Origin: Vitrella brassicaformis CCMP3155
Lineage: Eukaryota > Protista > Chromerida
DNA length: 64,000 nt
Assembly: GCA_001179505.1 (NCBI GenBank)
Contig: CDMY01000282.1
Span: 1-64,000 of the forward strand
Reading direction: 5' to 3'
This document shows positions 1 through 11,739 of this stretch, in pieces (positions within the stretch are counted from its first letter, which is position 1; each line of letters starts with the position of its first letter). A program made the translations under genes and the position numbers. The notes beneath the pieces were generated by a model. The model ran no database searches and was not told where the DNA came from. It saw only the letters and a list, made by a program, of their open reading frames with translations.

Positions 1-494
1 AGTCATCGAAGGCAGTCTTCAATAGCCCCTTCAACAGGCGCGCTAGATTGATACATGTCTATTGATATCATCGCTGGATATCAATAGGTTCACATCCAAT
101 TGCATCCAGCGATGCATTGGTATACTTGGCGAAGCACGTCTTCAACAAGGGCGTGTCTTGTGTTCTTACTGCAGCCCTCTGAGTACCTGCGTGCTATCGC
201 CATTGTTGCATGCGTCGGTGTGCTTCTCCAACACTCGTGCTGTGCTCGTCTCTGTAAGCTAATTGAACCACCGCTTCGCACGCTTTTTTCGACCCCCGCC
301 CAATTCGCGGCCCGGGGTGCCCACGCAGTGGGTGCCCCTTACTCGGAATCCTGACAACAGCAACGATCAAAGCATCCAGCTCCGTTGCCCGCTGCCGAAG
401 CTCGCAAACTTTAGGACATTCCATGAAACCGCTCTCTCTCAGGCCTAGGGTGCATTACGTGATACCACTCTCTCTCCAAGTCCGGCGGAGGAAG

Positions 495-1441
495 ATGAAG
501 TACCTTTTCCTCGCCCTGGCCCTCTCAGCGATGGCAGCAAGATCTCAGCTCTGCGAGTTCGAGTGCCCGTCAGGGACGAAGATGCTGCAGGACTACGAAT
601 ACGTATCCAACGGGTGGTAAGCACACGAAATGTCACATAGAGGGAAGAAAGGCAGCGCGTTGCGTACGTACGCCGTGTTTGCCTTCCTTCAGTGGCTCGG
701 AAACGATGGGCATCAGAGTGGACCCTGGTCAGCAGACAAACAAACCACCAAAGAGAAAGGAAAACAAACAGCTCCGATCTCACATGGTGTGCTGTGTGTC
801 GGTTTTCACTCAGAATTCGCATTTGAACCTTGCTGCGATCTCCACGACGCGTGCTACGAGATATGCGGCATGGCCAGAGAGACCTGCGAGGACGAGTTCA
901 GCTCCTGCATGAAGAAGGTGTGTGACGGCCTCACCAACGAAGACGACAGGGCCCGGTGCTCAAACCAGCAGAAGCTCTTCGTCTTCGGCACGACCGCCTT
1001 CGGCTGCGTGTCGTTCCTCTCCGCACAAAAGGAGTCATGCACGTGCGCGGAGCCGAGTGCGTGTTCCCTGGAGGCGCAGGTGGCGCCGCCAGCCTTCATG
1101 GAGGGCGCTGCTGCTGCGGCGGCGGGGGAAGCGGCGTGCGACCCCGCCAAGCAGCTGATGAGGGGGGCGCTGGAAAAGATGTACGGGAAGCTGAGCATGG
1201 CCGACAAGGCGGGCAACGCGACATTCATCGAGTCCACGCTGGACAAACATGAGGCTAAGTACCCTGAGCTGGTGCTTTCTATGATCAAGTAGCTGCGACA
1301 GGAGAAGAATATGCAATCGGGACTGACTTGGCGTACACAGTGCGTGCGTGCGTGCGTGTGTGTGTGTGCAGGCAGTACCCCAAGCAGCTGATTAAGATGA
1401 AGGAGTGGGGCGCGTCGGACAATGATGCCGACAGAGTGTGA
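495..1441 (+). CDS. Secreted phospholipase A2, group XII-like, with C-terminal helical extension (about 4 exons; 3' end approximate)
   Basis: Signal peptide MKYLFLALALSAMAA. Spliced reading YVSNG-C-GSETMGIRVDPG-EFAFEPCCDLHDACYEICGMARETCEDEFSSCMKKVC contains the sPLA2 catalytic CCxxHDxCY motif and group XII-like Cys spacing. GT-AG introns keep the frame. Confidence 0.8.
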
Positions 1442-2843
1442 CCCCTCACTCATCCACTGGTGTGGAAGGAACAGCTGAGAGAGCAGGAGAGACGCAGCGC
1501 GAGCTGAGCCCGGTCGGTCCGGTGCTGGCCAAGTTTTCGCCCCACCGACCGACCACACTGCTTGCTGACTGCTTGATGTCCTCGAGTGAGTTAGCTTAGC
1601 AGCGCGCTCCGCGCATTTCAGTTAGTCAGTCGAGTGAGCAATAAATAGACCATGTACAGTGCGTGCAGATCAGATCAGCGTGTGTGTGCAGTGCATGTTG
1701 GTCTCTTTGCTGCGTGTACGGGTGTGAATATCTCCCGACGTGTGTGTGATGTGATGCGATGTGATGTGTGGCTTTGTCCACTGCCGGTCGGTCTGTCTGT
1801 CTAGATATGAGGGACGGGCTGCTGTGCATACGGCCGTGAGTGGCGGGGGATGGGTGGGGGGCGTTTTTCTGTGTTGCATGTGTGTGCGTGTGTGTGTGTG
1901 CTGCGTTGCGCCACTATGGCGCCAAAGTACTAATAGCGCTCTTGTGTCGTGTGTGGTGTGAACGCTAGATGCATGCTGCTGACGGAGCGTGTGCTGAGAC
2001 GGACTCAGTTCCTCACACGACCGACTGAATGCTCGCTTCACCCGTGTCATCCTTGCCTTGAATTGATTGCAGGCAGCTACACGTGAAGTGCGTCCGGTCC
2101 ACTCGGCCACTCCACACACACACCGACACACACATATACAGGCACATTGCAGGAAGGCAGGCAGCCAGCCAGCCAAGCAGGGGGGGTCATAATCCACAAA
2201 CTATCTTGCCAGTCCGTCCGTGTGTCTGTATCTGGCGCACACGAATTCCGAGCACTCTGTGTGTCGTGTGTGGTGTGCTGAGAGTGCGGGCAGGGCAGAG
2301 CCCTCTACCGTCGGTGGACCGGCAGAGAGATCCGACCCAGCCCAGCCCAACCCTCCCCTCCCTCCCTCCCTCCCTCCCCCGGTCACTATCAATCCGGCCG
2401 CCAATCACCACGCCCAGTGAGAAACCAGCAATGCGAGAAAGGGACAGAGAGAGATATTTACAAAGACAGCCATCCACCCACACACGCAAAGCAACGCAAC
2501 ACCATCGTCAGCCATCCAGCCATCCAGCCAGCCAAAAAAGGTGGGTGCATTTTCGGTGCATGTCCTGTCCTGTCCTGTCGCCCCTCAGATATCTGTGAGC
2601 GACAGGACAGGAGCGCATTCGGTTTGCAAACAAACACCAGCATAGCACCGTCCAAGCGCTAAGATAAAAGCAAAACCGCCATCCATCCATCCATCCATCA
2701 GAACCTCTGCACGACATCCATCCAGCCAGCCAGAACATGCCAACCATTACATTCCGCATTGCGTGCGATGTAAAAACAAGGCACGTCTCATCCCTCTAGG
2801 CGGCATCCACCCATCTGCTATCTCCTAGCGGCTTGGTCTGCCC

Positions 2844-3143
2844 NNNNNNNNNNNNNNNNNNNNNNNNNNNNNNNNNNNNNNNNNNNNNNNNNNNNNNNNN
2901 NNNNNNNNNNNNNNNNNNNNNNNNNNNNNNNNNNNNNNNNNNNNNNNNNNNNNNNNNNNNNNNNNNNNNNNNNNNNNNNNNNNNNNNNNNNNNNNNNNNN
3001 NNNNNNNNNNNNNNNNNNNNNNNNNNNNNNNNNNNNNNNNNNNNNNNNNNNNNNNNNNNNNNNNNNNNNNNNNNNNNNNNNNNNNNNNNNNNNNNNNNNN
3101 NNNNNNNNNNNNNNNNNNNNNNNNNNNNNNNNNNNNNNNNNNN
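2844..3143. other. Assembly gap (300 N)
   Basis: Run of N, followed by C-rich and (CCAG)n sequence. Confidence 1.
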
Positions 3144-4118
3144 CCTCCCCCTCCCCCAGCCAGCCAGCCAGCCAGCCAAGCTCAAGGCGAACACTCCGCA
3201 GCCAGACAGCCATACAGCCACACACACAGGCATCCAGACATCCGGCCAGCCAGACAGTCAGTCAGTCACCCCACGCTATATGCCCAGCCCGATACGTTGT
3301 GTGTGTGTGTGTGTGTGCTGGGTATCATTTATCTATTTCTTGAGGATGAGCCACAGGGCGTGGATCAGTCCCGGCAGGAAAAACTGCATATATGGCACAC
3401 ACAGACAGACAAACACATAGACGCAAACACAGCTGCTGTGTCAAACGCTCAAACACGGGGGTACATGCAGCCTGTCAGTGTGCAGAGGGTGCAGCCGCTT
3501 CGCTTACCAACAGGCACAGGATGATGTTGATGAGCAGATCCGTGCCGCACCCCCTGTCCAAAAACACCGCTGAAGGCATTGAAGGACACAACACAACACA
3601 CACAAGAGAAAACGCATTCTTCTCACTCCACGTCGGCAGGCCCTTCGCATCATGGCGATGTGTGCAGCCATCCATCGTCCCCTCCGTCCCATCCATCCAT
3701 CCATCTCACTACCGAGGGGGGGAATGAAGATGGCGATGATGATCAGGAGCAGGTCAGCGCTGGATGAGCCGCCGCGGGGCATGGTTCAATGGAGAACTCT
3801 GCGTCGGATGCACCTGGCGAGATTGGCGGAAGTGCCCCTTTCTGAAACCTTTTGCCGCTTGCGACTTGAAAGAGAGAGCGGTTTCACGGAATGCGAGCTT
3901 TTTCATTGAAGCGGAAGGCTAGAGGGAAGGCGGTATCGTGGGACGCAACTCCAGCGAACACCCACCACATCCAGCGCTCCAAACTGGAGAAAACCGCCGC
4001 ATGCTGCCTCTTGGGTTCGTGAGGCCTTCTCGTTGGTGATCCCGCATCGTGTTAACAGCCGTCGACTCGACTGAGGACCTGACCCACTGTTGTCTCATCC
4101 CCCCAGCCATCCCGCAAG

Positions 4119-7100
4119 ATGTCTGAAACAGGCGACGAGTCGGGCACGCCGGCCATGGCGACGAGCAACGTTCCTCAGTCGAGCGTGCCTGCGACGGTGG
4201 CCATCCAGAGCCTGACCGAGGTCATTCCCGCGGCCGAGCAGCCGCTGATGTTTTTCCTCAACGAGGGCGACGAGGAGCTGCCCGAAACGTGGCACGACAT
4301 GACGCGGCTCTTCCTGACGCCGGCCGAGATGTACGCCGAGACCGCCCTGCCGCCCGGGTCGCACACCCCTCCCTACCCCAAGACCCTCAACTTCCTCCAC
4401 TACTTCGGCTGGAAGGCCAAGCTCGAGCTGCTCCTCTGGACCCTGCAGGCCGTCAAGCCCCTCGACAGCTGCAACGGGGAGGCCAAGCACCCCCCCGAGC
4501 AGCAAGGGGAGGAGGGAGCGGAGGGGCAGGGCGGTGAGCCACAGGGCGGTGCCGGTGACAAGAGGGAGAGCGACATGACGGCCATGGAGCTGCACCTCAA
4601 GAACCAGCGTGAGTTCGTCGCTCGCCTGTTCTTCCACCTGTTCCGCGGCGACCTCAAGAATCGTCTCAAGGCGCTCGAGCAGGACGTGTCCAAGAACACC
4701 TTCGCCGTGTTTGTCAACGAGGCGGGCAACCTCGTGGGGTCCAAGCTGGGGCGCGAGCAGGTGCCGCTGATCCAGAACCTCATCCAGAGGATCAACGACA
4801 CACAACTGGCGCTCGGTGAGCCCGCGAGAGGTGGACAGGGAGGGAGGGAGGGAGAGCGGGAGGAATGCACCGCACACACAGACACAGACAGGCACACGCA
4901 CACCAGCAATCTGCATATTATCAGCAAAGACGTCAGTCTCTCGTGTCGGTGTGAGTGTGTGATGGTGCAGATGACGCCAGTCGTGTGAGGGAGATGGTGT
5001 CAGACGAGCTGATGGACATCCTCCGTGAGAAGTTTGAGTCGCGCCTGCCCGGTGGCCGGTGGGTGCCCTTCAACGCCCGCATCCTGAAGGAGGCCTTCTC
5101 GGAGTTCCTCTCTTACGACTGCCAGATCGACAACGCCACCACGCTCGGCCACCTGTGCTCGCCCGGCTGGAACGACATCATGTACGACATCCTGCTGCCC
5201 TGCCACGAGTGGCTCGAGATGCGCCTGACGCACGGCGATGAGGGAAGCCAGGGAGGTGGCAACGCCAGCGGTGGCACACAGTGGTTCTGCCGGCTCAAGT
5301 GCAAAGGTCAGTCAGTCAGCCTGTCAGTTGGGGGATCTTAGAGCGAGAGAGAGACGGAGAGGAGGGGTGGGTGGATGAACGGGCGATCTGATCTGATCTG
5401 AGTGGTGGTTGGCTGTTTGGTGTGTTCAGTGTCGGCATCTGAGAGCCGTCGCGAGCGCTACGCGAGCGCCAAGCATTTGCTGGAGGCGGAGCTCATCAAC
5501 TACCTGACAAATTACCAGCACGCCCAGGCAAGCTGAGCCGGCCCCCACACCCACCCCACCCCGCACCGATCAGCTCGCTGCTCGCCATCCGTAGCCATCT
5601 TTTCCCTGTCTCTGTGTGTGTGTGTGTGTGTGTGTGTGGTTCAGGTGCCGGCCGAGCAGGCAGTAGAGTACCTGAAGAGGGCCTTTGCGGCCCCAGCGGC
5701 CGACGAGGAGCGGATGGAAGATGACAGTGAGGACAGCCACCACCGCCGGCAGCAGGACCAAGAGGCGCAGCGATACGACTGGATCTCCGAATTCCTCGCG
5801 CGCGACACACACGACGGCACACACGTCGACAGACTGCGCAAGCTGCTCAAACGGTAGGTACCCACACACAAACCAGACAACACGAACATGCAACACACCA
5901 CGGTACCATGTGTTTCGTGTGTGTATGTCCTTCATTCAGTTCTGGCTGTGAGGGTTTCGAGCTCATCCGTTCCGGCTCCGGTGGCGTGCGGCTGCAGATG
6001 GCCGGCGCGTCATCATCCGCCACCCACCACGTGGTCGAGCCGCAGGCCGAGGGCGAAGGAGACGACGCCGAAGGCACTGGCGATGCAGCCTCCGAGCAGC
6101 AGCAGCAGCAGGACCGGGACCACCGCCACGAGCAAGGCGGCGACGAGGTGGACCTGTTGGCTGTGCCGTCGCAGTACCATGAGGGCGGGGGCAGCATGGA
6201 CGAGGAGGATGCCTTGTGGCAGAGCGACGGGAGTGAGGACGAGGGCGGTGAGTTCGAGTTGGTAGACGAGCAGGGGGGCGGGGTGCCGCTGGCTGGCGGC
6301 GGCGTCGGCGGCGGGGGGTCGGCACACCACACACCCAGGGCTGGCGGCATGCAGATGGACCAGCAGGGGCGGGTTGACAGTGTTGGCACCGAGGGCGAGT
6401 CCTCTGAGGGCAAAAAGAGAAAGGTAAATGCGGGGTGACACACCAACTAGACCAGACCAGCAAGAAGCGACCCGCCGCGGCGTTCACTTCACCTGTGTTG
6501 TGTGTGTGTTGTCGACTGATTCATGTCTGTCAGCGTAAGAGCAAGAAGAAGGATCGCGTGGGATCGCAGGAGGGCCCCCCGCCCAAGGTGGTGCGGCGTG
6601 AGGGCGCCCCGCTCGACTGGACCCACTACCTCAGGCCGGGCGTCTGGTGGAACTTCAGGGAACACGGCATACCACACGGAGGTACGCATGCCATGCTGCA
6701 TGCACACACACGGACTTAGTCAGTCTGGGTGTTAGTTAGGTGTACTGTACACCCATGTCATGTGTGTGTGGTGGTTGTGTTGTGTGGCTGGCGTGGTGCA
6801 GAGCTGTCGTTCGATCTGGTCAAGGAGCGGCTCAAGTATTTCCACGAGTACGTGACCGAGGCTGGCTGGCTGGCACTCACGCGTCAAAGACACCCGTGTG
6901 CACTCTGTCTGTCTGTATGTGTCTCGTCCGTGGATCGATCAGGCATTTCGTGCCGTCGTATCCCGGCAACCGTGACGAGGCGTTGGCCAAGATCTGCTAC
7001 CCATACCAACACCTCGACAACGTCTACGAGTTCGAAATGCTGCTCAACAAAAGGTAGGTAATATTACCTACCCGCGCCACATAAGACATCAGGCTCAACC

Positions 7101-10100
7101 CAACCATCTGTCGCTGGTGCTCTGCTTGCCTGTGCGTGGCGTTATGCCTGCCTGACAGCCTGGTGCAGAGTTTCAGTGAGACCAAGGGCATGGACGACAC
7201 GCGCATCGGCCCACGGCCCGTCTACCGCGGCCCGCCGGCGTTCCAGCCAGGCCTCATGGGGCCGAGACCAGACCTGCGACCGCCTTTCGTGCCCATGCCA
7301 ATCGGAGTCATGGGGGGCATGGGGGCCATGCCCATGCCGGGACAGATGCCGATGCCGGGGCAGATGCCTCCTTACGGCGGGGGCATGCCATTCACCGCAG
7401 GCCCCCCTGGCCCACCGCCCGAGATGATGTACGGTGTGGGCGTCGGTGTAGGCGTGGGTGTGGGAGGTGCCAACGGGAGCTTCCCTCTGCGACCACACTC
7501 CCATCCCCCTCCCCCGCCCCCTCCGCCCCCGACGATGGGCGGGATGGGCTATACAAGCCCACCGTCAGGGAGCCCGCCCGCAGGGCCTGTGGCTGCGGCG
7601 GGCATGCACTCCACACACATGCAGATGCAGGGAGCACGGCGGCCACCACACGTAAAAGAGAGAGAGAAAGACTTTCGATCACAACAGGGCAGGAGACATG
7701 AATCAATGGTTCTTCCGGTGTGTGGTGTGTGGTGTGATGGATCGATCAGCCTCCACCGATGACGGGTCCCCGGCCGCCAGAGAGCATGGGCGGCATCCCC
7801 CAGCCACCGAGTGTGATGATGGCCACCGCCAGCGCGCCACTCGACAGCGGCACCGCTGCCCCCGTCCTCAGACCCGCACCCAGACATCCACCCGTGCCAG
7901 ATCAAGCGATGCAGCCGCGGCCCCCTGGCCCGCCATCGCAGAAGCAGGAGACGCTGTTGATCATGCCCTCCGACACCGACATCATGAAGGCCATCCCCGT
8001 GCTTCAGCAAAACGAGGAGAAGCAGACCCATGAGGGCGGTGCAGGGCGGACTGGTGCGGCCGGAGGCGTCGCCCCTGCGCCGCCACAAGGGCCGGCACCC
8101 CCACCGGCCCCTGCTGCCGGACCGCCCCCTATGGCGAAGGGCCCTGGTCCGACCATTCTGCCCCCACCAAAGGTCAACCGTGGATTCGTCCACACTGGCG
8201 CTCCGCCGGGCAGGGGAGGGCCCCCGCCACCGCAGCACCAGAGGAGGGACTCAGGCTACGGCGGTAGGCGAGGCGCCACACGGAAGACGAAGACTGCATG
8301 TTACTTACTCGCACCTTCATCCTTCGTGTCTTTTGGTGTCCGTTGCGTTGTCAGGAATGGCCGGTCCCCATGTGCCTCCTCCTATGGGCCCTCCGGTGCC
8401 GAGCATGCCCGATAGCAGGGGTGACGTGTCGCGCCAGATGGTCTTCTACCCCAAAGCCAAGACCACCGGCACCAACAGGCTCGGGTCGCCCCCTCCTCAA
8501 GGCGCCCCCTCCACCCCCAGCACCACTCCCCAGCAACCACACGCCCGCCCTATGGGCGGCAGCCCCGCGCCATACCCTCCTGCTCAGCAGCCTGACATGC
8601 AGCAGCAGCAGCAGCAGCAACAGCACCAGCAGCAGGAGCAGTATGGCGGCCCTCCACCGATGGGGCCTGGGTCCGATGGCGCCTATCCGCCGCAGAGTCA
8701 GTGGGGCCCTCAGGGCGACCGCAGGGCGCCGCCACGCCCGCCAATGGACTATGCGCAGGGGGGTCCGGCGTATCCGCCCAGCAGAGGCCGCCGGAGCCCC
8801 TATCCCCCCGGTTGCGGTGGTGGTGGCGGTGGCGGCTACCAATATGACGAAGGGCAGCAGGGGTACGATCAGGGTGGTGGGCAGTATCAGCCCTACCCAC
8901 ATCCACAGCAGCGCGGCGAGGCAGCTGGACGACCAGGCGGCTATGACGGAGGCCAGTACTCTCAGTACGGGTGGCAGGACAAACCGGCGGCGGGCCAGGC
9001 AGGCGTGTCGCGCCCCTCCCCGGGCCAGCGAGACCAGCGGCCTCTCGACCGATCGTCTGCTGGTGCCTCTCGCGGCGTGAGTGGCAGCTACGGGCAAGGC
9101 GGGCAGGGCTACCCCGGCCAGGGACAGATGTACGGCCCTGGCCAAGCCCCAGCGGAGCAGCCGCAGATGGTGTGGGACTACCAGACCGGCGAGTACGTGC
9201 CAGCGTCCCGCGTGTCATCGCAGGCCGGCTCGCAGACAGGTGGGTCTGCCCCTGCTGTGATGGGGCAAGAGGGCGGACCGGGCGGCCGCCAAGCAGGAGG
9301 GGGACCAGGACCGGGGGGCTACTACTGGGAGCCACAGGACGGTGGCTACCAGGGGAGACAGCCGCAGCAGGGGGGCAAGGACGGCATGCAGTGGTACCCA
9401 GAGGGTGGCCCAGACTACCAGGCCGCACAGCCACAGGGACGGACGTCTCGCGGACCTCCCCCACAGTCCTATGGTGGTGGTGGACCCCAGCAGCAGCCCT
9501 ATTACCAGGGCGGGGGCGGCGGGTACGGCCCTCAGCGACCACAATCCGGATATGGTGGGGGATATGATGGCAGCTATGGGCCACCGCCTGATGCTCAGAG
9601 GGGTGGCGGGATGGCCTCTTCTGATGGTGGTGGTGGTGGCAGCAGACAGCAGCAGGACTACTATGGTGGGCCGCAGCATGGATACATGCCTCCTGGGCAA
9701 GGTGAGGAGAGAAGCAGACAGAAAGACAGACAGGCAGGGAAGACCGAGACGGTCACATGGAGGGGGCCATCGTCTTGTATTGCTTCTCGTCTATGTGTCC
9801 AGGCGGCCCGTCTGCTCCCCAGATGCGGCCCGGTTCCGGGTCAGCACCGAGTATGGGAGGCCCGCCACCCTACCCCTCCCAGCAACCAGGCGGCCCCTCC
9901 CAACAGCAGCATCAGCAGCAGCCTGACAAGAAGCCTCCCTATCCCGGCCAGGCGCCACAGAGCTACGATTACCCCTATGGCGGCGGTGCGGGTCCTGCAG
10001 CTCCCCCGGCATACCCGCCGAGTGGTCCGGCGGGCGCCGGGCCACGTGCGAGAGCCGGGCGAATGGCTATGGGGCCGGGGCAAGAGCAGCAGCAGCCGTA

Positions 10101-10194
10101 TGCCTTTCCGTCGTATCAGTACCCGCAACAGCAGCAACAGCAGCAGCAACAGCAGCAGCCATACAGCTATGGCGGCGGCGGAGGGTACCGATAG
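4119..10194 (+). CDS. Large multi-exon hypothetical protein: unassigned globular N-terminal half plus very long P/G/Q/Y low-complexity C-terminus
   Basis: ORFs 4119, 4955, 5618, 5908, 6523/6740, 7136, 7759, 8030 and 9757 chain through GT-AG introns (checked: 4817-4970, 5854-5939). Ends ...QQPYSYGGGGGYR*. No family recognised. Confidence 0.7.
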
Positions 10195-11739
10195 TTTGTC
10201 AGGGAGAGAGAGAGAGGCGCTCTGCGCGCGTGTGGTGTCTGCTTGGTCGGTCGACTGGGAGAGTTGGTGGCGGAACAGTATTTTCGTTCGTGCATCCTTC
10301 CTTGTGTGAGTGAATAAGAATGCGTCGGAGTGTGTGTGCGTGTGGATGTCATGCGCCATGTGCGAGCAGCTGCGTAGCTGACGGGGCTTTCAAGAGCGGG
10401 TGGGTGGGGGAGGGAGGGAGGGAGGGCTTCACACATACACAGACACGGAGGGAGGGAGGGAGGGAGGGAGAAGGGGAGAGGGGGACCGAGAATTAGTTGA
10501 GTGTTTGTTGGGCCGGCCGACTGAGATGAGAGGGGGAGTTGCCTGCCTGCCTGCCTTTCTGCCTGCGCAATACTTCCATGACGCCTGTGCGTGCGTATAT
10601 GTTGGTCTTTTTGCTCACTTTCAAGGGCCACATCCATCGAAGGGAAAGCAGAGCTCAGGCTGAGGCGAGCGATAAGTAAGGGGGTACATGCCATGGCCAT
10701 GCCGGTGTCGCGTCGATCGGGCGAGAAACCTTCAGTGGCGGACGCCGAGGGCATTCCATCCAACACACAACACAAGCCGTATACGTACGTCTCTGTACAT
10801 GTGTGTGTGTGTGTGTCATTTCCCATGTGTGGATCATGAGCACTGCTGAGCGAATGTGCCTCTTAGTTACCCACTTACCCACCGATACACAAGACATGGA
10901 CATCTAAAGCCTCCGCCCCGGGACTGTTCTTGTGTGCGTGGCTGCTTACGTATGTGAGTGAGAGAGCCTTTTCGTTCATTCACACGCATAGCATGAGCTC
11001 ATGGTCCGTCCGTCCGGCTGCTGGCTGGCTGTCTTGCCGTCACACACATTTATGTGGGTCCGTCTGGTCTGTCCATCCATCGGTCACTGACGATGCACTC
11101 ACGAGTAGAGTAACGACCACACGCGCGTAGCATAGCATAGCGGCATCCTTGGCTCGCTGCTGCTGGCTCGTCTATGGAGGGGCTCACTGACACACTGACA
11201 CCTTCACTCGCACAGCACAGCACAGCGCAGCACACGCGCATGCGGATCCATCCATAGTGAGGGGAATGGGTAAGAGGGCCGCGCGGCCGCCCGCCGACGT
11301 ATTCTAGTACTATTTAGCCGTCACTCCCTAGAGGGCGCTCCTCCAACGCACAGCACATGCCATGCCATGCCCTACACGAGGGTGGGTGGGTCTTTTACGC
11401 ATTGATTGCTTTCCTTCCCCCTGGTAGGGCGTCGAGCACAGAACACGCGGAGCACAAAGGGGAGCGGTGTGCGCTACACAGAGACTCCCTCACACCTGCA
11501 CTGCATGCGGACTACGCTACATATGACTGCTACACTCGGCTGTCTGTCTGAACTGTCTGAACTGTTTGCTTGCCCTGTCTGTCTGTCTACCTACTATCTC
11601 TTGCCTTTCTCCCTCCCTTACTCCCTGCCTCCCTCCGTCCCGCTTGATTGACTGATCGATCGATCAGCAGCAGGCATTTTCCGAGCCACCATTGCCTGGC
11701 CGCGGCCCCCGCCCCCCGTTGGTGTAGTCATACTCATGG

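Noticed and set aside
1450-4100. Many short ORFs rich in HT/CV/TD/RQ dipeptides here and in 10200-11700, 35040-36150 and 49700-50640
   Set aside because: These are translations of (CA)n, (TG)n, (CAGA)n and (GGAT)n microsatellites in non-coding DNA.
4095-4916. Long antisense ORFs (e.g. 4095-4916, 8351-9145, 13581-14315, 15755-16435, 58822-59484)
   Set aside because: Shadow ORFs expected opposite GC-rich coding exons; no independent motifs.
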